Below, one piece after another: positions 19,663-29,595 of a DNA stretch of 64,000 bases; position 1 is the first letter of the stretch; each line of letters starts with the position of its first letter. The DNA comes from an uncultured Gammaproteobacteria bacterium (GTDB lineage: Bacteria > Patescibacteriota > Microgenomatia > Daviesbacterales > UBA10151), in assembly GCA_964625535.1 (NCBI GenBank), contig CAZVEX010000001.1, positions 64,295 to 128,294 of the forward strand. Reading direction: 5' to 3'. The position numbers and the translations under genes are program-made. Below the pieces are notes generated by a model. That model saw only the letters and a list, made by a program, of their open reading frames with translations, was not told where the DNA came from and did no database searches.

Positions 19663-21414
19663 TTTTAATTGTTCCAGTTTATTTCTTGCCTCATTGGTGA
19701 TGTTTACCAGATTATCTTTTCCCTGCAAATAAAAGGCATAAACTCTATCAGGGGAGATTGGTTTTACCGGATATCCATAAGCGGATAAAGCCTTTCCGTC
19801 TGTAACAGCAGAAACTAACTGTCTGATGTCATCCATCGGCACAGGAAGACCCCCATCCTCCTCTCTTAGATTATAAAGTATTGCCATACGAGGTGGAAAT
19901 CCGAAGGTTATAACATCGTGGAGAATCCCTCCGTTGGTGCCATCCCCTTCAAAGTAAAAAATTATCGGCTCCTTACTTTTGCCAATTTCAGAAACATAGG
20001 GCATAGAAGACCAAATTTTTTTACTGATTTCCTGTCCGTGGCTATTTAAAAGACTGTTGATATACATTTTAGTTGCAATAATATGAATTACTAAAATTAT
20101 GCAAAGCGTTGCAAAAATGGCGATTTGTTGTTTTCTCTCTTTCCCCAAACTAATTATTGTTGCAAGTAATATGGATACACCTGCTGCAGATACGATTAAA
20201 TATCTGTAAGTAGTGGGGAAGATTGATGTTGGCACCCACCACCAGGCAAAAAAGAATGAAGTGATGGACCAGGAGGCTCCTAGAAAGAGAGCTTGAGATA
20301 TGTATTTTTCCTTGAAGTATTTTACTGCCAGAAAGCCAATCAGAATTAGGGTATATCCTCCAATCAGTAATGAAAAAATCTGGTTTGTATTATTGAAGAA
20401 ATTTAGATTTCCTTTATAAATCAATATAATCAGCGTGCTCCACAATCCTAAGGAAAATAACGTATAACAGAATAATTTAGATGTGAATATGCTTGCATTT
20501 TTCATTATAAAAAATACAAAAAGGGAGAAAATCGCAAATGAGGAGATGAGGAAAGGAAGAAGTTGTCTCAAGGCATTAATCTGTCCTTGTGGTCCTATTA
20601 AATCAGGGATCAGCATGCTTCCAAACATAACAATGGGATAAAAAAGAAAATCAAATCTTCCCTGCTGCAAAAGCATAGATATTGTTTGTATCCCTAAATT
20701 AAATCTCTCAGCTATTTCCTGCGGAGGACCCTGTGATTGACCCGTGTATCTGATAATTAGAAATATTGCCAAAAAGACGGAAAATCTAATGACAGATTTT
20801 TTAATTGTTTTAAAGTTTCTGTTTTGAATAACCCAAAAGACCTCAAGTAAAAAGATAAATGGTAGCGATCCATGCATCCTGATGGGAGTTGTTACATAGG
20901 CAAAATAGTAAAGGATTGCTGAAATAATTAAAGAAAAAGGTTTACTCTCCCCTCTTGCTTTAAAGAAGAAATACAAGCACAAATTAAGAAGAGCTACAGT
21001 TATATAGGAGGGCATATTAAAAACCCAGTTAGTAGCATCCAGTCCAATGGTTGTGATTGAGAAAAACCCAACTGCAAAAACAGATGCAATTTTACTCTTT
21101 GTGAGGTAGAAAACTAAAGGATAAAATGAGAATGCAGCCGTGATCCTTAATACATAAGAGGTTAAATAATACCAAGACGATTCAAAACCGAAGATTTTCT
21201 GCATGATTCCCATTAAAATATCCTGGGCCCCGTATGGCGTTAGATAGTAGGTTAGATGATTCCAGGCGCCCGGAGACCTTGGTCCTACATGTTGAAAATA
21301 TCTAAAAAATGCCAACCAGTCATCGCCCATAAGCGCAAGATTGAACGAGGGGTAGAGAGCAAAAAGACTAATAATTATTGAGAGTAAAATAGCAAGAATG
21401 TAGCCTTTTTTCAT
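19645..21414 (-). CDS. Polytopic membrane protein, putative GT-C (family A, divergent)
   Basis: MGDDW after TM1, TPIRMHG, IIFYFE and C-terminal VYAFYLQGKDNLVNITNE; start at MKKGYIL (TAATG overlap). Confidence 0.6.
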   Translation of the reverse strand: MKKGYILAILLSIIISLFALYPSFNLALMGDDWLAFFRYFQHVGPRSPGAWNHLTYYLTPYGAQDILMGIMQKIFGFESSWYYLTSYVLRITAAFSFYPLVFYLTKSKIASVFAVGFFSITTIGLDATNWVFNMPSYITVALLNLCLYFFFKARGESKPFSLIISAILYYFAYVTTPIRMHGSLPFIFLLEVFWVIQNRNFKTIKKSVIRFSVFLAIFLIIRYTGQSQGPPQEIAERFNLGIQTISMLLQQGRFDFLFYPIVMFGSMLIPDLIGPQGQINALRQLLPFLISSFAIFSLFVFFIMKNASIFTSKLFCYTLFSLGLWSTLIILIYKGNLNFFNNTNQIFSLLIGGYTLILIGFLAVKYFKEKYISQALFLGASWSITSFFFAWWWVPTSIFPTTYRYLIVSAAGVSILLATIISLGKERKQQIAIFATLCIILVIHIIATKMYINSLLNSHGQEISKKIWSSMPYVSEIGKSKEPIIFYFEGDGTNGGILHDVITFGFPPRMAILYNLREEDGGLPVPMDDIRQLVSAVTDGKALSAYGYPVKPISPDRVYAFYLQGKDNLVNITNEARNKLEQLKSGVKP

Positions 21415-23711
21415 TATGTTTTCCAAAGTTTGATGCCATTGCCGAGACCTGTCCATAACAGTTTTGCGTCGCAATTGCAAAATGTTTTTGGATCGGCGTT
21501 TTCACCTAAAACCAGATAGTCATAATGATTAGGGAGATTCAAGCGGAGAAAATAATCAACGTCTATCCTACCATTATAAAATGCAGCTGTGGGAATATTA
21601 TAAACTTCTCGGTCATTTAGAATCAGTCTTAAAGCGCGGAACATATGTTCCGGAATACTGGTGCGGTAGTCTATAAAAAATGTGCCTGTTTTCGGTGCAA
21701 ATTTGTCAAACTCCTCCAGTGTGCCTTCTAAATTTTTTGCTTCATTTAAGTATTTATCAGTTACTTTAAATACGCCTTCTGTCCTGTCTTGGCTTAAGAA
21801 TTTAGGCTGGAAATATTCACTGTTTAATATATCTGCTCTTCTTTTATCTGTTAAACCAGCAAGATATATGTCATTGATAATTAAATAATTTGCTTTGAGT
21901 ATTCTTAGCGAAAGGGGATTTAATGTGTAATACAAGTCAGCATAGGTAGGGCCCATATCGAAAATATCATACACCCGGGGTTTTGGCGCCCATAAAGGGG
22001 TTAAAGCACCGATTTCTGTAACTAGATTTAGATTTGAAGACGGGATGGGATTGGAATCGGTTAGAGCCAGCACTCTTTCTTGAACAGGGAGATTGTTCTT
22101 TACCCACTCAAAAGCCGGCCGCTCTGTTTTTGGCAGTATTTTATACCAATAATCTTGAGGTCTTGGGAAAAGTTTTGCAAAAGAAGGCAGGATAGAAATT
22201 ATGAATATCCAACTCAAAAAAATTTTAGGGATTAAATATTTTTTTTGTGGTGAACTAAACCACCAGTTGGAAATAAAAAAAGCAATGCCTAGCCCTGAAA
22301 AATAATAAGCTAATGCCAAAAAGCGGTTTCCGTTGGCGCCTAGATAATCTTTAGGGACTATGCCATGATATGCGATTAACGCTGTCGCGGATGAAATAAA
22401 AAGTAACCACATCATAGCGCGAAGGGATTTGTTTTTAAAAGTGATATAAATACAAATAGATAAAAGTATGCTTAAAGACCAAAAAATTCCCGGATGGAAC
22501 CACTGCAGAGGATAATAATGCGGCTGATCAGGGATTATTTTGGAGGATTGCTGTCTTGTCTGGTAGGTACTTTCTTGCTTGCCAGAGTCTGGTCCGTTTT
22601 TGGGAAAAATTATTACACTCGACTCGCCCTTATTCAATCCAACAATAGTTTCCGTAATGATTCCTCCCTGAAGGCTAATTATTAAGGCCGTCAAAGTTAC
22701 AAATAGAAACCATTTAATAATTGCTTTCCGGAATATGGTAATAAGAAGCATTAAAAGACAGGCAGGTAGGATTACTAAGAGTACAACTTCATCTGTTAGG
22801 GCTGTTGCTGAAAAAACGGCCAATAGGACAAGCGAGATAATAAATAAGTTATTGACAGGACGGATAATAATAGGAAGCAAGCCTATTACAAAAGATATAG
22901 ATAGCAGCCTGTGTATAAAATAAATTAAGACATCAAGATAATGTGGAGTGCCGTAAATTTCCTGCGCATTGTAAATAGTCGGTTGTTGGCTAAGCCATTT
23001 TAAAAAGCCTTCTTCCATATTAGGTAAACCAATTTGAGCAGGCCAGGCAACCATAAAGTTACCCATGGAGATAATCCCCGTTAACGCGGGTAGTGAAATA
23101 ACTAAAAGCGATAAATAGCCTTTTTTTACAGGTATCAGCCAGCTAAGTATTTGACTAATGGCAAGAAGTACAAAAAAAGAAATAAGGGAATGGGTAAAAT
23201 AATAGGGAGCATCTGTTAGTGCTCTCGTAGCCCCCAGAAATTCTCCGGCTCCCAAATGATAATACATTAAATAATCAGGCTGGAAAGGCGTATGAGGAGG
23301 GTAGTCGCCTCTTATGAAAAGCGAGGCTATAGAATAATGATTAACCGAATCTCCTCCGTTTGACTGTGCGTGCGCCGTAATAACGTATAAAAATATAGAC
23401 CAAAGCAGAAGTGAAACAATCCATAGCGTCAGTTGTGTGCCTTTAGGGAATTCTAATTTTGGAACATTCTTAAAATATTTAACCGCAGCAGCAATAACAA
23501 CTTCAGTTATTAAAGCAATAATTATGCCTGAAGGACCCTTGAGGAAATGAGCAAACAGGTTTATTAAAAAAATATATATTGCGATACCGATGATTGCACC
23601 GGCCGGTATTAAGATTTGGGCTCTGCTATCCGTTGTTGCCCTGCGGATTATGGTTATACCGGACCAGAAAAGAACAAGAAAGAAGATTAAAACCTTTATA
23701 TATATGAACAC
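21414..23711 (-). CDS. Large polytopic membrane protein, putative GT-C glycosyltransferase
   Basis: GGDSVNHYSI...YPP...YYHLG loop after the N-terminal helices, many TM segments and a large soluble C-terminal domain. Confidence 0.55.
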   Translation of the reverse strand: MFIYIKVLIFFLVLFWSGITIIRRATTDSRAQILIPAGAIIGIAIYIFLINLFAHFLKGPSGIIIALITEVVIAAAVKYFKNVPKLEFPKGTQLTLWIVSLLLWSIFLYVITAHAQSNGGDSVNHYSIASLFIRGDYPPHTPFQPDYLMYYHLGAGEFLGATRALTDAPYYFTHSLISFFVLLAISQILSWLIPVKKGYLSLLVISLPALTGIISMGNFMVAWPAQIGLPNMEEGFLKWLSQQPTIYNAQEIYGTPHYLDVLIYFIHRLLSISFVIGLLPIIIRPVNNLFIISLVLLAVFSATALTDEVVLLVILPACLLMLLITIFRKAIIKWFLFVTLTALIISLQGGIITETIVGLNKGESSVIIFPKNGPDSGKQESTYQTRQQSSKIIPDQPHYYPLQWFHPGIFWSLSILLSICIYITFKNKSLRAMMWLLFISSATALIAYHGIVPKDYLGANGNRFLALAYYFSGLGIAFFISNWWFSSPQKKYLIPKIFLSWIFIISILPSFAKLFPRPQDYWYKILPKTERPAFEWVKNNLPVQERVLALTDSNPIPSSNLNLVTEIGALTPLWAPKPRVYDIFDMGPTYADLYYTLNPLSLRILKANYLIINDIYLAGLTDKRRADILNSEYFQPKFLSQDRTEGVFKVTDKYLNEAKNLEGTLEEFDKFAPKTGTFFIDYRTSIPEHMFRALRLILNDREVYNIPTAAFYNGRIDVDYFLRLNLPNHYDYLVLGENADPKTFCNCDAKLLWTGLGNGIKLWKT

Positions 23712-23783
23712 TTGTGTAAACTAAGGTAACAGAGAAAAGGAAAAATGTAAAGAAAGTTTCGGTATGTTATTATTTGGATTGAA

Positions 23784-24614
23784 ATGGCTAAGCCTTTGGT
23801 GTCTGTGGTTATTACTACAAAAAATGAAGAGAAAATGGTTAAGAAACTGCTTTTAACTATTAATAAACAAACATACAAAAATTGGGAAATTGTTTTAGTT
23901 GATAATCGTTCTACAGATAAGACTGTGCAAATTGCTAAGGAAATGGGCGTTAAAGTATATAGTTTTGGACCTGAGAGAAGCGCCCAGAGGAATTACGGCG
24001 CTAAAATGGCAAAAGGGAAATATCTGCTATTTTTGGATGCGGATATGGAACTTTCAGAAAATGTGATTTCAGAGTGTGTGGATGTAGTCCAATCAGGTAA
24101 AGATATTGGCGGAATCGCCATTCCGGAAAAGTCGAAAGCAGTTTACTTTTGGGAAAAAGTTAAAGCATATGAACGGTCTTTTTATAATGAAAAAGGGGAC
24201 CCGGTTACTGATGCAGCCAGATTTTTTAAAAAGCAGGTTTTTCAAAAAGTAGGAGGATACGATGAGACTATTACCGGGCCGGAAGATTGGGATCTGCCGG
24301 AAACTATTATAGAATTGGGTTTTAGGATTGATAGGATAAAGGCTCATATATATCACCGCGAGAGAGTGCCTTCGCCTTGGATTTTAGCAAAGAAGAAATT
24401 TTATTATGCGCTTTCAGCTTACCGCTATTTAGAAAAACATAATATCCATATGGTAAGTCCAAAGACGGTCTATTTCTTAAGGCCTGTTTTTTATAAAAAT
24501 TGGAAAAGGCTTTTATCCCATCCCGTTATGTCTTTTGCAATGTTTATCATGCTTTCAGCAGAGTTAGCAGGTGGCGGATTAGGGTATTTGATAGGGAGGA
24601 TCAAAAAACTTTGA
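23784..24614 (+). CDS. GT2 glycosyltransferase
   Basis: VITTKNEE, VDNRSTDKT, QRNYG, FLDAD and GGYDE...EDWDL motifs. Confidence 0.9.
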   Translation: MAKPLVSVVITTKNEEKMVKKLLLTINKQTYKNWEIVLVDNRSTDKTVQIAKEMGVKVYSFGPERSAQRNYGAKMAKGKYLLFLDADMELSENVISECVDVVQSGKDIGGIAIPEKSKAVYFWEKVKAYERSFYNEKGDPVTDAARFFKKQVFQKVGGYDETITGPEDWDLPETIIELGFRIDRIKAHIYHRERVPSPWILAKKKFYYALSAYRYLEKHNIHMVSPKTVYFLRPVFYKNWKRLLSHPVMSFAMFIMLSAELAGGGLGYLIGRIKKL

Positions 24615-25729
24615 AAATCTTGCAGTTGACAGTCCATTTCAGGCCGAATATTGGCGGTGTGGAAACACATCTTGGGGATTTAATACAGGCATTATTAAAA
24701 AGAGAAATAATAGTATTTGTTTTAACCTATAGACCCTTAACTACTAAGGTGAGTTGGAAGATGTATGAAAATAAAAATAATTTAGAAATTTTGAGAATCC
24801 CCTGGTTGCCAAATTTATTCTATAATCTAATTAAATATCCTGTGCTGGAATTTCTTTATCTGATCCCGGGACTTTTTTTGATAACACCGCTTATTCTTTT
24901 CTTAAAAAGAATTGATGTGATTCATGCTCATGGATTGGTGGCCGGATTTGTGGGAGTGTTTTGGGGAAAGATTTTTAATAAAAGGACGGTTGTTTCTGTA
25001 CACAGTATTTATCATTTTCCCAAAAAAGGTTTATATAGAAATTTTACCAGCCGGATTTTTAAAAATGCCAATTTGGTTTTGGGTTTATCGAAACAGACTA
25101 AACAAGAAATTAAATCTCTTGGTATACCTTCCGAAAAAGTAGACTATTTTACATATTGGATTGATTTGGAGAAATTCAGGAAAGCGGAGAATGCCAAACA
25201 AAGCTTAGACTGGCAAGACGAATTCATAGTTTTGTTTGTTGGAAGGTTGGTTGCAGAAAAAGGAATTATTGAACTTTTGGAATCCGTAAAAACCTGGAAC
25301 GGAAATATCAGTCTAAAAATTATCGGGTCAGGGCCGCTGGAGGAAGAAGTAAAAAAGGCGGCATCTAAGTATAAAAATGTAGAATTTGTTGGGGTTATTG
25401 ATCAGGATAAGTTACCACTGTATTATAGTGGATCCGATATACTAATTGTTCCTTCTGCATCAGAAGAAGGATTCGGCAGAGTGATTTTGGAATCACTTTC
25501 TTGCGGTACGCCTGTTATTGGTGCCAACCGTGGGGCTATCCCCGAAGCTATGGATGAAACTGTTGGAAAATTAATTGATGTTACGCCAAATAATATAAAA
25601 GAGAGTATTGAATATTTTTACAGAAATAGGGGAGAATTGAAAAAAATGTCATTAGTTTGTAGAAAATTTGCAGAAAGGAGATATTCGGAAAAAAATGTCG
25701 AAAAAATTATCAGAGCGTATCAAGCATAA
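24611..25729 (+). CDS. Glycosyltransferase family 4
   Basis: PNIGGVETH, FVGRLVAEKG and EEGFGRVILESLSCGTP motifs; TTGA-coupled start at 24611. Confidence 0.9.
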   Translation: MKILQLTVHFRPNIGGVETHLGDLIQALLKREIIVFVLTYRPLTTKVSWKMYENKNNLEILRIPWLPNLFYNLIKYPVLEFLYLIPGLFLITPLILFLKRIDVIHAHGLVAGFVGVFWGKIFNKRTVVSVHSIYHFPKKGLYRNFTSRIFKNANLVLGLSKQTKQEIKSLGIPSEKVDYFTYWIDLEKFRKAENAKQSLDWQDEFIVLFVGRLVAEKGIIELLESVKTWNGNISLKIIGSGPLEEEVKKAASKYKNVEFVGVIDQDKLPLYYSGSDILIVPSASEEGFGRVILESLSCGTPVIGANRGAIPEAMDETVGKLIDVTPNNIKESIEYFYRNRGELKKMSLVCRKFAERRYSEKNVEKIIRAYQA

Positions 25730-26534
25730 TTTGGATGTATCTCTTAAAACAGTTGGTGATATGGCGTTAAAGCGAAGAGCTAAAAGAATTGTTGAGGAGC
25801 TGGATTTAAAAGACGGGGATAAGGTATTAGAAATAGGTTGCGGAAACGGATATTATCTTAGTTTATTAAACAGAGTAGGATTGAAATTAGCTCTTTTTGG
25901 AATAGACAATGATCAAATGGCGCTTTATGATGCTAAAAAATTTATTGGTGACGCTAAAGTCAAACTGATCAATGCGGATAGTTCAAAATTGCCCTTTGTA
26001 GAAAATTCCTTTGATAAGATAGTGATGAGTGAAGTATTGGAACACGTACAAGATGAAAATAAAACTCTAGAAGAAGCTTACAGGGTTTTACAAAAGAATG
26101 GGATATTTACTTTAACAACCTGTAACATTGATTATCCATTTCTTTGGGATCCAGTAAATTGGATCCTCCAGCATTTTTTTGGTACACACATACAATCCGG
26201 TTTTTGGGCAGGAATATGGAATCAACATACCAGGCTTTATAAAAAGGGGCGGGTAGAAAAATTAATTCAGAAGGCAGGTTTTAAAATTATTAAAGTAGAA
26301 TCTCTGACCAACTGGTGCCTTCCCTTTAACCACTATATAGTAAACTATATAGCGAAGCTTTTTTACTCGAGAATGTTGCCGGAAAGCATCCACAAAAGCA
26401 TGAATAAATTTCAAAATAACAAGCAACCGTTGCTTATAAATTTAGGGTTTAGGTTAATCAATGCATATGACAGTCTGAATGATATTTTCCCCCAGAAAAC
26501 AGGTGTTTCTATTTTTGTAAAAGCAAAAAAATAA
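25695..26534 (+). CDS. Class I SAM-dependent methyltransferase
   Basis: VLEIGCGNG, LPF..NSFD, SEVLEHV and HTRLY motifs. Confidence 0.85.
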   Translation: MSKKLSERIKHNLDVSLKTVGDMALKRRAKRIVEELDLKDGDKVLEIGCGNGYYLSLLNRVGLKLALFGIDNDQMALYDAKKFIGDAKVKLINADSSKLPFVENSFDKIVMSEVLEHVQDENKTLEEAYRVLQKNGIFTLTTCNIDYPFLWDPVNWILQHFFGTHIQSGFWAGIWNQHTRLYKKGRVEKLIQKAGFKIIKVESLTNWCLPFNHYIVNYIAKLFYSRMLPESIHKSMNKFQNNKQPLLINLGFRLINAYDSLNDIFPQKTGVSIFVKAKK

Positions 26535-27992
26535 TTATGCAATTCTGGCAAGTTTAAATTCCCGGATTAATCTTTCAGGATCGTTTTCTCTAAAGTGCAT
26601 GGCTCTTCCTCCATATTCTGCTCTGAATGCTGTAGAATAATTTGCGTTATCATCAATAAATAAAACGCTTTGAAGGTTAGGATGACCTAATTGATCGAAC
26701 AAAAACTCGAAGGCAGGGCTGTCTTTTTCTCTTTTGGCAGCTCCAATTACAGAGGAAATTAGAATATTGCCTCTTTTTATTCCAGGGTAAAATCTTGTTA
26801 CTATATCCAAATTCGGATTGACTAAAGGAGGTATGGCGTCAGAAAGAACAAAAACCGAAATGTTAGGATTACCCAAAATTTTCCCAACTAACTCCGGCAT
26901 TCCGGGTGTCGGATAATAAACCTCTGGATGATTAAAATAACCTTCAGCTTCCTCCATGGAAGAAGGAAAATGCAGACCTAACGTTGCAAAAAATCTTCTT
27001 AAGTAATGCTCTTTTGATATTTTGCCGGGCATGCCATCATCTAGTGACTGTGAAATAGCTGTGGAAATTTCCTCGGGAGAACATTTCAGTGCCAAAGCCA
27101 TGGCTTGCCAAAGCGCGTCATCTGCAAAATTGGTTAGCACTCCGCCTATATCAAAAACCACGGTTTGTATAGGGGGTTTTCCCAGCACTCTGTCAACTGC
27201 CAGATCCAGAGTTTCTTGGGCTTGTTTTAGAGCTCGGAGATAGTCTTGATTTTCAGCTAGACTGAATTCTGTAAAAGCAGCCCGTAGGACCTCGTTAATA
27301 TCCGAAACACCGGCATTCGCTAACAGTTTTATTTCGTCAAATATTAAATCAATGGCAAGTTGCTGTTTACTTCCTTGGGTTAATGCCCTAAGTCCAAATC
27401 TTTCTGACGCGAAGACGCCCCCAGTATATCGACTTGCCTGGGATTCGTAGAGACCTTGTATTTGTGTTATTGAAAGCGGCGTGCCGTCAGGATTTAATTT
27501 ACCCATGTTATCCGAAAGATCCAAGATAGCTTGGGGAAGAGTTAAGTTGTCAATAGTCATTACTGCTTGTCCTCTACCCAAAATTTCGGGTATTGGAGGA
27601 TGTTTAGCTGCCAAACTCTGTCTTACTCCAATATTTCTACTAACAAGCCTGCCGGCAACATTTTTTCTGAAGTAGCGATGGGGTACTACCAAGCTTCCAA
27701 TATCGTCAATAAGCTGCAGGCTTTCTGCTTCATATGGAGATAAAGTATTTGAACCGACTTTCCGGGCGATGTGTCTTGCTAAAATCGAGCTGTAAACAAT
27801 GTGATCCCAGTAATCGGGGAATACTTTAGGGTGGACATAAGGCGCCGCCAATAACAGTGCTTGTCTTGTCTCTACGATATCGCTTTGCTGGAAAGGTCTT
27901 TCCTGAACCAATGCGGTATTTGCCAGATTATCCCTTAAAATTTCTACTATAATAGGTCCTCTGGTCTTAACATCGTTTCTTTCAATCTCCAT
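26535..27992 (-). CDS. Fusion of a degenerate HD-like domain and a HAD-superfamily phosphatase
   Basis: N-terminal DYWDH...LIDDIG...LDLSD; C-terminal VVFDIGGVL, VLSD, AAK and LFIDD (HAD motifs I-IV). Confidence 0.6.
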   Translation of the reverse strand: MEIERNDVKTRGPIIVEILRDNLANTALVQERPFQQSDIVETRQALLLAAPYVHPKVFPDYWDHIVYSSILARHIARKVGSNTLSPYEAESLQLIDDIGSLVVPHRYFRKNVAGRLVSRNIGVRQSLAAKHPPIPEILGRGQAVMTIDNLTLPQAILDLSDNMGKLNPDGTPLSITQIQGLYESQASRYTGGVFASERFGLRALTQGSKQQLAIDLIFDEIKLLANAGVSDINEVLRAAFTEFSLAENQDYLRALKQAQETLDLAVDRVLGKPPIQTVVFDIGGVLTNFADDALWQAMALALKCSPEEISTAISQSLDDGMPGKISKEHYLRRFFATLGLHFPSSMEEAEGYFNHPEVYYPTPGMPELVGKILGNPNISVFVLSDAIPPLVNPNLDIVTRFYPGIKRGNILISSVIGAAKREKDSPAFEFLFDQLGHPNLQSVLFIDDNANYSTAFRAEYGGRAMHFRENDPERLIREFKLARIA

Positions 27993-28017
27993 CTTATAGG
28001 AATTCTACTGGAATTTA

Positions 28018-28046
28018 TTGACGAATGCAAAACTTTAGGCTAAACT
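28018..28046 (+). promoter_or_regulatory. Sigma70-type promoter
   Basis: TTGACG (28018-28023), 17 nt spacer, TAAACT (28041-28046); ATG 28055 lies 8 nt downstream. Confidence 0.55.
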
Positions 28047-28054
28047 CACGAGGT

Positions 28055-29065
28055 ATGATTAACTGCGGACTCGTTGGCTATGGATACTGGGGGCCAAATA
28101 TTGCCAGGTCCATCACCAGGATTAAAGATGTTAATCTGTTAATGATTTGCGATAAAGATAGCTTTAAGTTGGATGGCGCCAAAGTTTTATATCCACAGGT
28201 TCTAACAACCAATAACGCGGATGAGATTTTAAAAAATCCTAAAATTGATGCGGTCATTATTGCGACTCCTGCCAGCAATCATTTTGAACTGGCTTCAAGA
28301 GCACTTAAATCGGGTAAGCATATTCTGATAGAAAAACCTGTTACGATCAATACCGCTCAAGCGCAGACTCTCATAAAACTTAACAAAAAAACTAAAAGAA
28401 TTGTTATGATAGGACACACTTTTGAATATAACCCGACAGTTTTAAAAATGAAACAGATTATCAAAGATGATGATCTGGGCAAAATTTATTATATGTATTC
28501 AACCAGAGTCAATCTGGGACAAATAAAAGGAGATGTTAATGCTTTATGGAATTTGGCTCCCCATGATATTTCCATTTTGAATTTTTTGCTGGATTCGCAA
28601 CCCCTTGAAGCAATGGCATTTGGTGCTTGTTACCTGCAAAAAGGAATTGAGGATGTGGTGTTTATGATATTAAGATATCCGGGGAATGTCTTGGCCAAGG
28701 TTCATGTCAGTTGGTTGGATCCGGCCAAAGAGCGTAAAATGACTATAGTCGGATCTAAAAAAATGCTGGTGTTTGATGATTTGGATAATGAGATGCCCTT
28801 GAAAATTTATGATAAAAGGGTAGATACCGGAGAGGTAGCCAGGGGGCTTGTCACGGAATACAAGATTAAGCTGCATTCGGGAGATATCTATGCGCCCCAA
28901 GTGGAGAATAAAGAACCCCTGCTTGAGGAGCTTAAACACTTTTTTGAGTGTATAGAAAAAAATAAGCCACCTGCAACAGATTTGGTTAACGGTTTAAGGG
29001 TAGTACAGGTTTTGGAAGCCTGTCAAAAATCTCTGGCGAACAAAAACAAATGGATAAAAATATAA
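28055..29065 (+). CDS. Gfo/Idh/MocA oxidoreductase (WbpB/WlbA-like sugar 3-dehydrogenase)
   Basis: GLVGYGYWG, IATP, HILIEKP and WNLAPHD motifs. Confidence 0.85.
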   Translation: MINCGLVGYGYWGPNIARSITRIKDVNLLMICDKDSFKLDGAKVLYPQVLTTNNADEILKNPKIDAVIIATPASNHFELASRALKSGKHILIEKPVTINTAQAQTLIKLNKKTKRIVMIGHTFEYNPTVLKMKQIIKDDDLGKIYYMYSTRVNLGQIKGDVNALWNLAPHDISILNFLLDSQPLEAMAFGACYLQKGIEDVVFMILRYPGNVLAKVHVSWLDPAKERKMTIVGSKKMLVFDDLDNEMPLKIYDKRVDTGEVARGLVTEYKIKLHSGDIYAPQVENKEPLLEELKHFFECIEKNKPPATDLVNGLRVVQVLEACQKSLANKNKWIKI

Positions 29066-29595
29066 GGGTTGAAGAATTTGTTATTATCAAAGGAGATGCT
29101 AAGATAGGAAAAAATAGCATTATCAGATCGCATAGCGTTATATACCCGGGTAATAAAATAGGGGACAGTTTCCAGACCGGTCATGGCGTTTTGATCAGGG
29201 AAAATAATAAAATAGGCAACAATGTCAGTATAGGCAGTCACACAGTTATTGAGCATGATGTTGTTATTGAGGATGGTTGTCGAGTGCATTCCAATGCTTT
29301 TATTCCTGAATTTTCGGTTCTGAAAAGAAACTCATGGATTGGGCCTTGTGTGGTTTTGACAAATGCCAAGTACCCAAGATCTAAAAACGTAAAGCAAAAT
29401 TTAAAAGGAGTGGTAGTTGGCGAGAATGCTAAAATAGGCGCAGGGGCTGTAATTTTACCGGGAGTTAAGATCGGTAAAAATGCTTTGGTTGGGGCGGGTA
29501 GTGTGGTTACTAAAGATGTTTTAGATAATGCTGTTGTTGCAGGAAACCCGGCAAAAGTGATAAAAAGTGTTTTAGAAATAAAAGATTATGATTAA
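29050..29595 (+). CDS. Hexapeptide-repeat N-acetyltransferase (WbpD/WlbB-like)
   Basis: Left-handed beta-helix repeats; IGPCVVLTN and VGAGSVVTKDV...AGNPAK motifs. Confidence 0.85.
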   Translation: MDKNIRVEEFVIIKGDAKIGKNSIIRSHSVIYPGNKIGDSFQTGHGVLIRENNKIGNNVSIGSHTVIEHDVVIEDGCRVHSNAFIPEFSVLKRNSWIGPCVVLTNAKYPRSKNVKQNLKGVVVGENAKIGAGAVILPGVKIGKNALVGAGSVVTKDVLDNAVVAGNPAKVIKSVLEIKDYD

